A stretch of DNA of 32,000 nt. Source: Halomicrobium mukohataei DSM 12286. Lineage in GTDB: Archaea; Halobacteriota; Halobacteria; Halobacteriales; Haloarculaceae. The stretch is from positions 2,220,001 to 2,252,000 of the forward strand of contig NC_013202.1 of NCBI RefSeq assembly GCF_000023965.1, in the 5' to 3' direction. Within the stretch, counting starts at the first letter, position 1. Each line of letters opens with the position of its first letter. The notes beneath the pieces were generated by a model that was not told where the DNA came from, searched no databases, and saw only the letters and a list, made by a program, of their open reading frames with translations. A program made the position numbers and the translations under genes. Of the stretch, positions 15,671 to 24,850 are shown in pieces.

Positions 15671-17011
15671 ATGACAGAGACCGTGGTGCTGATCGGTGGC
15701 GGGGGCCGCGAGCACGCGATCGCCCGCTCGCTGGCCGAATCAGAGGCCCGACTGTACGCGTGTGCCGGCAACAGGAACCCCGGAATCGCGGCGCTGGCCG
15801 ACGGGTTCGAGACGCTGGACACGACGAACCCGACGGCGGTCCGGACCTACGCCGACGAGGTCGACGCGACCCTCGCGGTGGTCGGCCCCGAGGCCGCACT
15901 CGAAGCCGGCGTCGCCGACGCGCTCGACGAGGCGGGCGTGTACACGTTCGGTCCCCGGCAGGACGCGGCTCGCATCGAGACGGACAAGGCCTTCCAGCGG
16001 CGGTTCATGCGGGAACACGACATTCCCGGCTGTCCAGACTTCGAGACCTTCGACGACATGGCGGCCGCCTGCGCGTACATCGACGACTACGACGGCGACC
16101 TCGCGGTCAAGCCGGCCGGGCTCACCGGCGGCAAGGGCGTCCGAGTCATCGGCGACCAGGTCACCGCCGAGGAGGCAAAAGAGCATCTCCGGAGTGCGGA
16201 CTACGATCGGGTCGTCCTCGAGGAGCGCCTCGTCGGCGAGGAGTTCACCGTCCAGGCGTTCGTCGCCAACGGTCAGCTCCGGGTCACGCCCGCCGTACAG
16301 GACCACAAGCGCGCCTACGAGGGCGACGAAGGGCCTAACACCGGCGGGATGGGCAGCTACTCCGACGCCGGACTGGAGCTGCCCTTCATGTCGGAAGACG
16401 ACTACATGGAGGCCGTCGACGTGCTCCGGGCGGTCGTCGACGCGCTGGACGACTACAAGGGCGTCCTCTACGGGCAGTTCATGCTCACCGCCGACGGGAT
16501 CAAGGTCGTCGAGTTCAACGCTCGCTTCGGCGATCCGGAGGCGATGAACACGCTGCCCGTCCTCAACACCGACTTCCTCGACGTGCTGACGGCGGCCCGC
16601 GAGGACGAGCCCCTGCCACAGCTCTCGTTCGCCCCGAAGGCGACGGTCTGCAAGTACGCCGTCCCCGAGGGCTACCCGACCGAGCCGAAAGCCGGTGCGA
16701 AAGTGAAAATCGACGAGGACAGCGTGGCGAAAGCCACGGAACGGTCGAGCGGCGACGAGCCGCGAGACAGCGCCGGTGACGCGCTCCTGTTCTACGCCAG
16801 CGTCGACGAGCGCGACGACGGCATCTACACGACGACGTCCCGGTCGTTCGCCGTCGTCGGCCTGGCGGAGACGATCACCGAGGCCGAGGAGATCGCGGAG
16901 GCGGCCCTCGACGCTGCCGGCGAGGACGGGGTCCGGATGCGCCACGACATCGGCAAGCCCGACCTCGTCCAGCAGCGGATCGACCACGTGAACGAACTGC
17001 GCGGCGAGTAA
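15671..17011 (+). CDS. purD: phosphoribosylamine-glycine ligase
   Basis: Internal ATG at 15671 of track ORF 15581..17011. MTETVVLIGGGGREHAI, ATP-grasp region and VVEFNARFGDPE. GGTTTAGG at 15639-15646 is a TATA-like box. Confidence 0.95.
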   Translation: MTETVVLIGGGGREHAIARSLAESEARLYACAGNRNPGIAALADGFETLDTTNPTAVRTYADEVDATLAVVGPEAALEAGVADALDEAGVYTFGPRQDAARIETDKAFQRRFMREHDIPGCPDFETFDDMAAACAYIDDYDGDLAVKPAGLTGGKGVRVIGDQVTAEEAKEHLRSADYDRVVLEERLVGEEFTVQAFVANGQLRVTPAVQDHKRAYEGDEGPNTGGMGSYSDAGLELPFMSEDDYMEAVDVLRAVVDALDDYKGVLYGQFMLTADGIKVVEFNARFGDPEAMNTLPVLNTDFLDVLTAAREDEPLPQLSFAPKATVCKYAVPEGYPTEPKAGAKVKIDEDSVAKATERSSGDEPRDSAGDALLFYASVDERDDGIYTTTSRSFAVVGLAETITEAEEIAEAALDAAGEDGVRMRHDIGKPDLVQQRIDHVNELRGE

Positions 17012-17032
17012 CGCGGGCCGAGATCGAACCGT

Positions 17033-17052
17033 CCGCGACGACGCGGGTTTTT
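17033..17052 (+). terminator. hairpin plus T5 after purD
   Basis: CCGCG acga CGCGG g TTTTT, starting 22 nt after the purD TAA. The T-run continues as GTTTTTAGAC, which is also positioned 23-32 nt upstream of the next gene start (17079). Confidence 0.5.
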
Positions 17053-17078
17053 AGACGGCTCCTGACGAACGGTCGGTC

Positions 17079-17597
17079 GTGACTGGGCCACGACGACACG
17101 ACCGCCTCGACCGGACGGCGACACCGGGGCCGCACAACTCCCTGCACCACTGGCCGTCGGCCAAGCACCCGCTCAGGCTGGTGGTGAACTTCCTCGTCGT
17201 CTGGACCCTGCGGTACTCTCCGAGCCTCGCGCTCAAGCGGTGGCTGCTCCGTCGACTCGGCGCGACGGTCGGCGAGGGGGTCTCGCTGGCGCTGACGGCC
17301 ACTCCGGACGTGTTCTGGCCCGAACTGCTGACGATCGAGGACCACGCGGTCGTCGGCTACGACGCAACGCTGCTGTGTCACGAGTTCCTCAGAGACGAGT
17401 ATCGGACCGGTGAGGTCGTCGTCGGCGAGGGCGCGATGATCGGCGCGGGAGCGATCGTCCTCCCCGGCGTCGAGATCGGTCACGACGCCAAGGTCGGTGC
17501 CAACGCCGTCGTCACGGCAGACGTTCCGCCGGAGACGACGGTCGTCGGTGCGCCGGCCGAGCCGGTCGACGAGGACGGAACCGACAGCACCCTTTAG
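17079..17597 (+). CDS. hexapeptide-repeat (left-handed beta-helix) acetyltransferase
   Basis: The C-terminal half, IEDHAVVGYDATLL...VVVGEGAMIGAGAIVLPGVEIGHDAKVGANAVVTADV, shows hexapeptide periodicity. The GTG start is uncertain. Confidence 0.75.
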   Translation: MTGPRRHDRLDRTATPGPHNSLHHWPSAKHPLRLVVNFLVVWTLRYSPSLALKRWLLRRLGATVGEGVSLALTATPDVFWPELLTIEDHAVVGYDATLLCHEFLRDEYRTGEVVVGEGAMIGAGAIVLPGVEIGHDAKVGANAVVTADVPPETTVVGAPAEPVDEDGTDSTL

Positions 17598-17621
17598 CCC
17601 TCGGGGACCCTACCTCCGGTC

Positions 17622-18356
17622 GTGTGTACGCTCGTCTTCGCCTGGCAGGTCTTCGAACAGCCACTCGTCGTCGCTGCCAACCGTGACGAACGGCTCGACC
17701 GGGAGTCGAATCCGCCCGCCGTCCGCGACTGGCGCGCACGGGCCGTCGCACCGACCGACGCGGAAGCCGGCGGCACGTGGATCGGCTACAACGAGCACGG
17801 CGTCTTCGTCGCAGTCACCAACCGCTGGACGGACGCCGACCTCGCGGGCGAGCGCTCTCGGGGCCTGCTCGTGCGCGACGCGCTGGGCGAGCGATCCGCG
17901 GAGGACGCTGCTCGTCTCGTCGAGCGCGCCGTCGACGCCGACGAGTATCAGGGGTTCAACCTCGTCGTCGCCGACGCGTCCGCGGCCGTCTACACCGAGT
18001 GGGACGGGACCCTCTCGGTTCGCACGCTGACTCCCGGTGTCCACGTGGTCGTCAACGTCGGTGCCGACGGCGACTACCGGATGCCCGACGATCGACGGGC
18101 GGCGGCACAGCGCCAGGCCGACAGCGCCGGTCGACTGGTCCGGGCCCTCCAGCCGGAACCAGACGAGAACGGGGGCTCGTGGCTCGACCGCGCGGCCGAG
18201 ACGGTCGCGGACCACGACTACGGCGTCTGCGTCCACGGTGAGGGGTTCGGCACCCGCTCGTCGTCGCTCGTCGTCCTCGGCGACGAGCGGTGGTTCCGCT
18301 ACGCCGACGGACCGCCCTGTGAGACTGCGTATCGTCCGGTCGAAGGTCAGGTTTAA
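17622..18356 (+). CDS. NRDE-family protein (TANGO2/DUF833-like)
   Basis: GTG start giving M-C-TLVFAW, with the N-terminal Cys typical of this family, and VVAANRDE. 244 aa. Confidence 0.85.
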   Translation: MCTLVFAWQVFEQPLVVAANRDERLDRESNPPAVRDWRARAVAPTDAEAGGTWIGYNEHGVFVAVTNRWTDADLAGERSRGLLVRDALGERSAEDAARLVERAVDADEYQGFNLVVADASAAVYTEWDGTLSVRTLTPGVHVVVNVGADGDYRMPDDRRAAAQRQADSAGRLVRALQPEPDENGGSWLDRAAETVADHDYGVCVHGEGFGTRSSSLVVLGDERWFRYADGPPCETAYRPVEGQV

Positions 18357-18383
18357 GCGGCCGACCCTCCCATAACGGAGTAT

Positions 18384-18734
18384 ATGAGCATGGCAGCCAT
18401 CGAGGAGGAGCTCTCGGACGACGAGCGTGCCGGCCTGGAACTCATCAGAGAGTCCGGTGGCATCCACCAGAGCGACTTCTGGAAGGAACTGGACGTGTCT
18501 TCGCGCAAGGGGAGTCGGATCGTCGACTCGCTGGCGGACAAGGAACTGATCCAGCGCGAGGAGACCATCTACGAGGGGCACAACACGTACCACCTCACGC
18601 CGGCACCCAGGGATCTGGACTTCTCGCTGTTGATGGCCGGCGATCAGCTCTCGCCGTTCATCGGCGACGAAGAGGTCGACGCCCGGAGCGACGCCTTCTC
18701 GCAGTGGGTCATGAGCCTCGCGTACAACGAGTAG
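18384..18734 (+). CDS. winged-helix DNA-binding protein (MarR/TrmB-like fold), small
   Basis: GLELIRESGGIHQSDFWKELDVSSRKGSRIVDSLADKELIQRE fits the wHTH helix-turn-helix-wing pattern. GTTTAAG (18348-18356) overlaps the upstream stop codon and lies about 30 nt before the ATG. Confidence 0.7.
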   Translation: MSMAAIEEELSDDERAGLELIRESGGIHQSDFWKELDVSSRKGSRIVDSLADKELIQREETIYEGHNTYHLTPAPRDLDFSLLMAGDQLSPFIGDEEVDARSDAFSQWVMSLAYNE

Positions 18735-18738
18735 CGCC

Positions 18739-18778
18739 GCTTCTCGAACGGCAAAACGCAGAACGGACTGTTCGAAGC
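18739..18778. terminator. hairpin between convergent stops (TAG 18732-18734 and CTA 18780-18782)
   Basis: GCTTC(TC)GAAC pairs with GTTCGAAGC: TCGAAC/GTTCGA (6 bp) plus GC/GC after a 2-nt bulge, with a 20-nt loop. Confidence 0.3.
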
Positions 18779-18779
18779 G

Positions 18780-19205
18780 CTAGTCTTCGAGCGCGTCGGC
18801 GATCCGGTCGAGCGTGCGGCGCACGTCGTGGACCTCGTCGCGCAGCTTTCGGACTTCGCGGGTCAGCTCTTCGTTGTCGCCGCTCTCCTCTTCTCGACCG
18901 CCCGGTCCCATGCCGCCGGCACCGCCGGGGCCGCCTGGACCGCCGCCCATCATGCCGCCCATCATCTGTGCGAAGGGGTTCCCGCCGCCACCGCCGCCGC
19001 CCATGCCGGGCGGGCCGCCGCCACCGCCCATCATCTCTTCCATGCGCTCCTCGCGGCTCATCTCGCCGTCTTCGCCCTCGCGTTCCTCTGCCCGTTCCTG
19101 ACGGATCTCCTCGACGCGCTCGCGGAAGGACTTCTCCTCGTCCCCGCCCGCGTCGGAGGGTTCGTCTGCCGGCGATTCGTTCTCCTCAGGGTCGTCTTCT
19201 GCCAT
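18780..19205 (-). CDS. acidic protein with a central Gly/Met/Pro-rich tract and charged helical ends, function unknown
   Basis: MAEDDPEENES...MMGGGGGPPGMGGGGGGGNPFAQMMGGMMGGGPGGPGGAGGMGPGG...REVRKLRDEVHDVRRTLDRIADALED. Last gene of a three-gene same-strand cluster. Confidence 0.7.
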   Translation of the reverse strand: MAEDDPEENESPADEPSDAGGDEEKSFRERVEEIRQERAEEREGEDGEMSREERMEEMMGGGGGPPGMGGGGGGGNPFAQMMGGMMGGGPGGPGGAGGMGPGGREEESGDNEELTREVRKLRDEVHDVRRTLDRIADALED

Positions 19206-19244
19206 GGACGGCCGTTGGCGTGCGGGTCGGAAAAGGGTTGTCGT

Positions 19245-19577
19245 CTACGTGATCCGACGGACGAGCACGGACAGGCCCAGCGCGCTGGCCAGCAGGATCA
19301 CGAGATTGAAGATCGCCTGGAACAGCGGCCGGTAGTCCGGCGTGACGAAGTTCCGGATCGCGTTCGAGGCCGCGAAGTAGAACTGCAGCGTCGCGATCAG
19401 GGCCACGAGGATCAGCATGGCGAAGGCGGCCCACTGGAGCGCGTCGATGACTCGCTGGCCGGTGTTGGACGCCGCCGTCTCGTCGTCCTCGTCGTCGTTG
19501 CGACGCTGGGCCGGACTCTCGAACGGCTCGTCGTCGTGCTGTGCCTCGGTCGCGCCGCCGGTGTCGTCGTCACTCAT
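19245..19577 (-). CDS. small membrane protein (acidic N-terminus, two TM helices)
   Basis: 110 aa with helices WAAFAMLILVALIATLQFYF and LFQAIFNLVILLASALGLSVLV. Overlaps the upstream gene by 8 nt. Confidence 0.65.
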   Translation of the reverse strand: MSDDDTGGATEAQHDDEPFESPAQRRNDDEDDETAASNTGQRVIDALQWAAFAMLILVALIATLQFYFAASNAIRNFVTPDYRPLFQAIFNLVILLASALGLSVLVRRIT

Positions 19578-20601
19578 TGGTCTGTCTCCGTGCAGTCAGC
19601 AGTGCGGTTGCGAGCAGTGCCACGAGGGCGAGGGCGACGCCGAAGCCGGGACCGCTACCAGTGGTCGTTCTGGTCTCTTCCCGTCGGCCAGCGTCTCCCC
19701 CGTCGGTGGTCTCGTCGTCGAAGTCGCCGGTGTCGAACTCGACCTCTCGGCGCGTCTCGTTGGCCTCGACGACGCGGGTCGGATCGAGGTTGGCGACGCC
19801 GATGGCGGTGTCGATCACCACGCCGTCACGCAGCAGGATCGCGTCGATGTAGTAGTTGTAGCCGTCGGGGACCGTCAGCGTCGTGCCGGGCTCGACGGTC
19901 CGGCCCGGACGGATCGAGCCGACCTCCTGTCGGGACTGTGCGGCGACGAGGTTCGACTCGGCCTGGCGGGCCCGGAGTCGCAGCGTCACGTCGCCGGCTT
20001 CCGTATCGCCGTCGTTGGTCAGTGCGGCCGTCACCGACAGCTCCGAGCGGTTGTCGCTCGTCGTCGTCGGATCGACGGCGATCGTCGGAATGTCTGCCGG
20101 GGAGTTCTCGTACCGCTCGAACGTCACCGTCGAGTCGGCGTAGTCGGGCGTCAGTGCCTGGACGCCGCTGATCGTCCGCGTGCCGCGGGCGACGCGGTCG
20201 CCGTCCTCGTAGACGATCGTCTCGATGCGATAGCCGCCCTGGCGCTCGACCGAGAGGTCGGTCAGCACCGAGATCGATCGCTCACCCGTCACGTTCCCGA
20301 CGGACTCGTGGACCTGATCTTCCAGCAGGCCCGACTCGGCGTCGATCGCGCGGACTTCGAGCGTGACGTTTCGCGCCGGCCCGCCGCGATGGACGAGCCG
20401 GGTGTCGAGCTGGAGGTTCGCCGTCCGACCGGGCACCGAGGTGACGTTGATCGTCGAGTCCTCGGTCTGGAGGTGGAGGTGGCTCGGACGGACGTTCTCG
20501 TCGTCGGGCTCGTCGAGAACCCCGGGAACCGCGAGCGGTGTGACGAGCATGGCGACGACGAGAACGACCATGCCGCCGGTGAGTATCGTTTCGCGTTGCA
20601 C
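19570..20601 (-). CDS. surface protein with an N-terminal anchor/signal helix, two beta-rich repeats and a PGF-CTERM sorting signal
   Basis: The C-terminus TGSGPGFGVALALVALLATALLTARRQ matches the PGF-CTERM (archaeosortase A substrate) pattern. GTG start at 20601, with an alternative ATG at 20571. ACATTTATGAC (minus sense, 20628-20638) is a TATA-like box. Confidence 0.8.
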   Translation of the reverse strand: MQRETILTGGMVVLVVAMLVTPLAVPGVLDEPDDENVRPSHLHLQTEDSTINVTSVPGRTANLQLDTRLVHRGGPARNVTLEVRAIDAESGLLEDQVHESVGNVTGERSISVLTDLSVERQGGYRIETIVYEDGDRVARGTRTISGVQALTPDYADSTVTFERYENSPADIPTIAVDPTTTSDNRSELSVTAALTNDGDTEAGDVTLRLRARQAESNLVAAQSRQEVGSIRPGRTVEPGTTLTVPDGYNYYIDAILLRDGVVIDTAIGVANLDPTRVVEANETRREVEFDTGDFDDETTDGGDAGRREETRTTTGSGPGFGVALALVALLATALLTARRQTNE

Positions 20602-20709
20602 GTCCCAGTGCCCTCCACGGAGTCATAAATGTTTTCTGACTAACCGACTCGGTGTGCAATTCGGTCGGTGGGGGCAAAATTCATGCCGTCGCAGTGAGAC
20701 CCCAACGAC

Positions 20710-21192
20710 ATGAACGGACGAACTGCCCTCTCGATCGCCCTCTCGGTCGTCGGCCTCGCCGCCGTCGTCGTCGGCATTCACCAGGAGTTGCTGCAGTTCC
20801 GGCCGATGTACGACGCGACCGTCGAGACCGGCTGGGGCGGCCCGCTCAATCACGAGGAGCGCCTGCTCGCACGCGTCGCCGTCGTCGGCGTTCTCGGTGT
20901 CGTCGCTTCTCTCCGGTGGCGGCGGGCCGCGCTCGCAGCGGTCGCCGCGAGCGGCGTCGTGCTGTTCTACGCGGCGAAAGCGGTCGGCTACTACGCCGCC
21001 GACAGGTCGCTGTACACCGGCTTCTCGGTCGCTGGCGGCGACGCCGGACGTTTCGTACTGGGTGCCGAACCGTACTGGCTCGTCCTGGGGGCCGCCTGCC
21101 TCCTCGCGGGCGGCGTGGCCCGGCTCTACACGGGACGAAACGGGACCGCGAGTACCACCGTCCCAGCTGACGCCGACGCCAGCATCAACTGA
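20710..21192 (+). CDS. four-helix membrane protein, function unknown
   Basis: 160 aa with four hydrophobic segments. Overlaps the convergent downstream gene by 8 nt. Confidence 0.65.
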   Translation: MNGRTALSIALSVVGLAAVVVGIHQELLQFRPMYDATVETGWGGPLNHEERLLARVAVVGVLGVVASLRWRRAALAAVAASGVVLFYAAKAVGYYAADRSLYTGFSVAGGDAGRFVLGAEPYWLVLGAACLLAGGVARLYTGRNGTASTTVPADADASIN

Positions 21193-21940
21193 ACGCGCCG
21201 AGGCTGGCCTGGAGTTGCCGATCGGCGCTGTCCTCGCTGACCTCGTAGCCGACGGTGTCCCGGAGGTCGACGGCGTAGGTTCCGCCGCTGTTCTCGACGA
21301 CGAGGAGACGCCCCTGGGTGCCGACGACGGTACCGGACAGCAGCGTCTCGGCGATCGGGCGGTCGGTCAGGGCCAGCCCGTACTCGAACTCGAACGTCTC
21401 GATCGGCTCGAACTCGTCGAGCAGCGTCCGCCAGGCGGCCTCCTCGACCGATCGGTGTAGCCCCTCGATCTTCGTTTGCACCCGGACGCTGTCGCCCACC
21501 GTCGCGGCGATCTCGGCCTCGATCTGGCGAGCGACTCGTCCGTTCGCGACGGTCCGGAGGTGGGCCGCCCGGTCAGCCCCCTGTTCTCGCAGTCGCCGTT
21601 CGAGCCGCCACGAGCGGGTGACGCCGACTTTGAACGTCGCGGGGGCGAAGGCGGCCAGGTAGACGGCGTGTTCCTCGTGACAGCTCTCCAGTGGCATCGC
21701 ACAGTCCCCGCGACACCGCGCACAGGGCCAGCGGTCAGTGTGTCTGTCACAGTAGGGTGCCGTCGGCTCCTCGCAAGCGACGTGCGTTCCCTCGTCGATC
21801 GTGCCCGCGCAGTGGCGCTCGCCGAGCGAGTACGACACCTGCTGGCCGGGCTCCAGTGGTTCCGTTCGAACGGTTCCGTCGGTACCGAGCAGGAGCGCGG
21901 CCGACTCGTCGACGCGAGCGCGATAGCCGACGACTTGCAC
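21185..21940 (-). CDS. Cys-cluster (Zn-ribbon-like) protein resembling the DUF2797 family
   Basis: HCAG...HVAC...YCDRH...PCARCRGDC...SCHEEH, followed by FKVGVTRSWRLERRLREQGA. The family assignment is from memory of the motif. GTG start. Confidence 0.65.
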   Translation of the reverse strand: MQVVGYRARVDESAALLLGTDGTVRTEPLEPGQQVSYSLGERHCAGTIDEGTHVACEEPTAPYCDRHTDRWPCARCRGDCAMPLESCHEEHAVYLAAFAPATFKVGVTRSWRLERRLREQGADRAAHLRTVANGRVARQIEAEIAATVGDSVRVQTKIEGLHRSVEEAAWRTLLDEFEPIETFEFEYGLALTDRPIAETLLSGTVVGTQGRLLVVENSGGTYAVDLRDTVGYEVSEDSADRQLQASLGAFS

Positions 21941-22083
21941 GGCGGCGGCTACGTGGTGGCGGGCAAAATACCCGTGGATCGTCGCCGTCCCCGACGCCCG
22001 CGTCGGACTCGCCCCCGCTCTCGGCGCGGATTCTACAGCACACAGACCGCGAAACTAAAGTGCGCGAACCCCGATTGCCGACT

Positions 22084-22740
22084 ATGGACGAGCACTCTCC
22101 GACGCGGCGCTCGCTGTTGCTGGCCGGCGGTGCGGCGGCCGCCTCGCTCGCGGGCTGTCTCGACTCCTCGAGTGGTGGCTCCGAGCAACCGGACGGAACG
22201 GCGACGGTGACGACCGGTTCGATCTCGACGCCGGTGGCGGGCGATCCCGAGGCCGACGTGACGGTCGCCGTCTACGAGGACTTCGCCTGTCCACACTGTG
22301 CGACCTTCAACCAGGAAGTGTACCCCGACATCCGCTCTGAGTACGTCGACAGCGGGGCGATCCGGTACGAACACCACGACTTCCCTCTGCCGGTCGATCA
22401 GAGCGTCTCTCTGGAGGCTCCGAACGCGGCCCGAGCGGTACAGGACGGCGTCGGCGACGAGGCGTTCTTCGAGTACGCCGACCTCCTGTTCGAGAACCAG
22501 GGCTCGCTGGGTCCGGACCGCTACGCGTCGCTGGCTCGGGAGGTCGACGCGGACCCGTCCACGGTGAAGACCGCAGCGGTCGAGCAGGCCTACGAGGCGA
22601 CCATCGAGGCCGATCGCGAGGGCGGCATCGACGCGGGGGTCGACCGGACGCCGACGGCGCTGGTCGACGGCGAGAAGGTCGAGGCCAGCTACGAGGCACT
22701 CAGCGCCGCGATCGACGCGGCCCAGTCCGACAGCACTTAA
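22084..22740 (+). CDS. DsbA-family thiol:disulfide oxidoreductase, Tat lipoprotein
   Basis: Internal ATG at 22084 of track ORF 21691..22740. TRRSLLLAGGAAAASLAGC (Tat motif plus lipobox) and active site FACPHC. CGAAACTAAAG at about 22050-22062 is BRE/TATA-like. Confidence 0.85.
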   Translation: MDEHSPTRRSLLLAGGAAAASLAGCLDSSSGGSEQPDGTATVTTGSISTPVAGDPEADVTVAVYEDFACPHCATFNQEVYPDIRSEYVDSGAIRYEHHDFPLPVDQSVSLEAPNAARAVQDGVGDEAFFEYADLLFENQGSLGPDRYASLAREVDADPSTVKTAAVEQAYEATIEADREGGIDAGVDRTPTALVDGEKVEASYEALSAAIDAAQSDST

Positions 22741-22764
22741 CGGCCGACGCCCCTCCTCTCGGGT

Positions 22765-23325
22765 ATGCAAGGCGAACCCGAGGTCGCCGTCCTCCGACTC
22801 GGCCACCGTCCCGGCCGGGACGAACGGATGACGACCCACGTCGGACTCACGGCTCGGGCCCTGGGTGCGGATCGGCTCGTCCTCGCGAACGCGGGCGCGA
22901 GCCGGCAGGACACCGTCGAGGACATCACCGACCGCTTCGGCGGCCCCTTCGATGTCGAGGTCACCGAGCAACCGAACCGCTTCCTGAAAGACTGGTCGGG
23001 CTCGATCGCCCACCTCACCATGTACGGCCTCCCGGTGCAGGAGGTCGAAGGCGAGATCCGCGCGGCCCACCGCAGCGAGCCGCTGCTGCTGGTCGTGGGC
23101 GCGGAGAAGGTCAGTTTCGAAGTGTACGAGCGGGCCGACTGGAACGTCGGCGTGACGAACCAGCCCCACTCAGAGGTCGCCGGGCTGGCGGTCTTCCTCG
23201 ATCGACTCTTCGAGGGGCGCGAACTCGACCGCGAGTGGGAAGACGCGGATCGCGTCGTCCAGCCCCAGCCGGAGGGAAAGCGGGTCGTCCCGGCCGAGGA
23301 AGCGGCCGAGACAGCCGACGAGTAG
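22765..23325 (+). CDS. trm56: tRNA (cytidine56-2'-O)-methyltransferase (SPOUT family)
   Basis: VLRLGHRPGRDERMTTHVGLTARALGA and the SPOUT C-terminal half. 186 aa. Confidence 0.88.
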   Translation: MQGEPEVAVLRLGHRPGRDERMTTHVGLTARALGADRLVLANAGASRQDTVEDITDRFGGPFDVEVTEQPNRFLKDWSGSIAHLTMYGLPVQEVEGEIRAAHRSEPLLLVVGAEKVSFEVYERADWNVGVTNQPHSEVAGLAVFLDRLFEGRELDREWEDADRVVQPQPEGKRVVPAEEAAETADE

Positions 23326-23355
23326 TCGCCGAGGGCGGGGAGCCGCCGGTCGCGC

Positions 23356-24069
23356 TCACTCGCTGGCGTCGACGTTGACGTTGGCCCACTGCGTGACGCC
23401 GCGATCCGTCGGTGCGGCCCACTCGACGGCGTTCGCGAGCACGTCCTGAATCGTCTCGTCGTGGTAGATCGGGTACGTCTCGTGGCCCGGCCGGAAGTAG
23501 AAGATCCGGCCGCTGCCGCGGCGATAGCAGACGCCGGACCGGAACACCTCGCCGCCCTCGAACCAGGAGCTGAGGACGTGTTCGTCGGGCTGTGGGATCC
23601 CGAACGGCTCGCCGTAGGTCTCGGCCTCGGGGACGACGATCGGCGTCTCGATGCCGTCGAGGATCGCGTGGTCGGGATCGATCGCCCAGAGACGCTCACG
23701 CTCGCCGGCCTCTCGCCAGTTCAGGGTACAGGGCGTCCCCAGCAGTCGACGGAAGGGCTTCGAGAAGTGCGCGGAGTGGAGCACGAGCAGGCCGAGGCCG
23801 TCGGTGACCGCGCGACAGACCCGCTCGACCACGTCGTCTGCGACCTCGTCGTGAGCGGCGTGCCCCCACCAGAGCAACACGTCGGTGTCGTCGAGCACCG
23901 ACTCGGTGAGGCCGTGCTCGGGTTCTTGCAGGGTCGCCGTTCGCGTCTCGTGGCCGCGCTCGGCCAGCGCGTCGGCGATCGTCTCGTGGATGCCGTCGGG
24001 GTAGATCTCCGCGACGGCGTCGTTCTCCCGCTCGTGTACGTACTCGTTCCAGACAGTGACAGCGACCAT
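23356..24069 (-). CDS. ThuA-domain protein (trehalose-utilisation-like, class I glutamine amidotransferase-like fold)
   Basis: [10 protein letters not shown]..., [14 protein letters not shown] and [13 protein letters not shown] match the ThuA pattern as I recall it. Confidence 0.85.
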   Translation of the reverse strand: MVAVTVWNEYVHERENDAVAEIYPDGIHETIADALAERGHETRTATLQEPEHGLTESVLDDTDVLLWWGHAAHDEVADDVVERVCRAVTDGLGLLVLHSAHFSKPFRRLLGTPCTLNWREAGERERLWAIDPDHAILDGIETPIVVPEAETYGEPFGIPQPDEHVLSSWFEGGEVFRSGVCYRRGSGRIFYFRPGHETYPIYHDETIQDVLANAVEWAAPTDRGVTQWANVNVDASE

Positions 24070-24161
24070 GCGTGACCTCGGTCGGGACGTGTGGAAAAGT
24101 CTGGCGGCCCGTCACAGCGGTGTCCTGACACTTCGGTGGCCGGCTCTCGTCGACACCTTCG

Positions 24162-24695
24162 CTACGCGGACTCGCCGTCGGACAACTGGAGGGAGTCGTT
24201 CCCGTAGACCCGTTCGACCAAGAGCAGCGCGACCAGCGCGAGAATGATGATCGCGTACGACCCGGCGGCCAACACGGCGTCCTCCAGCGTGGCGTACTCT
24301 CCGGTGCGGAAGATGATGGCCTTCCGAACCATCGCGATGACACCGGTGTAGATGACCAGTCTGACGACTCTCCGGGTGTCGTTCTGTTCGACGTAGGCCA
24401 GCACCGTCTGGTACACCTCGACGATGATCAACAGGAGGAGCCCGGTGTCGATGAACCTGATGACGACGAGCGGATCGGTGATCCTGCCCGATCGCACGGT
24501 ATCGAGTATCTCCAGAATCAGGTCGAACACCCCGACCGCAAAGAGCAGTGCAAAGACCGTCGCGGCAGCGAGTTCGACTCCGTGGACGAATTGATCCACG
24601 ACACGTGAGTACCGCTCTCCCAGCGACACCGAAGATCCACTCTCGACGGGATCAGACGAGCTCTGAGCGGGCGAGGGCTGCTCGTCGCCGCTCAT
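24162..24695 (-). CDS. psiE: PsiE-family (phosphate-starvation-inducible) membrane protein
   Basis: 177 aa. Helices plus FIDTGLLLLIIVEVYQTVLAYV and VIAMVRKAIIF are typical of PsiE. Confidence 0.8.
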   Translation of the reverse strand: MSGDEQPSPAQSSSDPVESGSSVSLGERYSRVVDQFVHGVELAAATVFALLFAVGVFDLILEILDTVRSGRITDPLVVIRFIDTGLLLLIIVEVYQTVLAYVEQNDTRRVVRLVIYTGVIAMVRKAIIFRTGEYATLEDAVLAAGSYAIIILALVALLLVERVYGNDSLQLSDGESA

Positions 24696-24850
24696 TCGTC
24701 CAGACCCGTCTTCCGAGGGCCGTTGTCAAACATACACCGTCTCGTACGTGTCTTGGACACATATACCATTTGTCGCGCCGGGACCGTCCCTCGCTCCAGA
24801 ACTCTCCCGTGCCCTCGTCTGCTGGTACCGCTCCTCTACTACCGTCTTCC

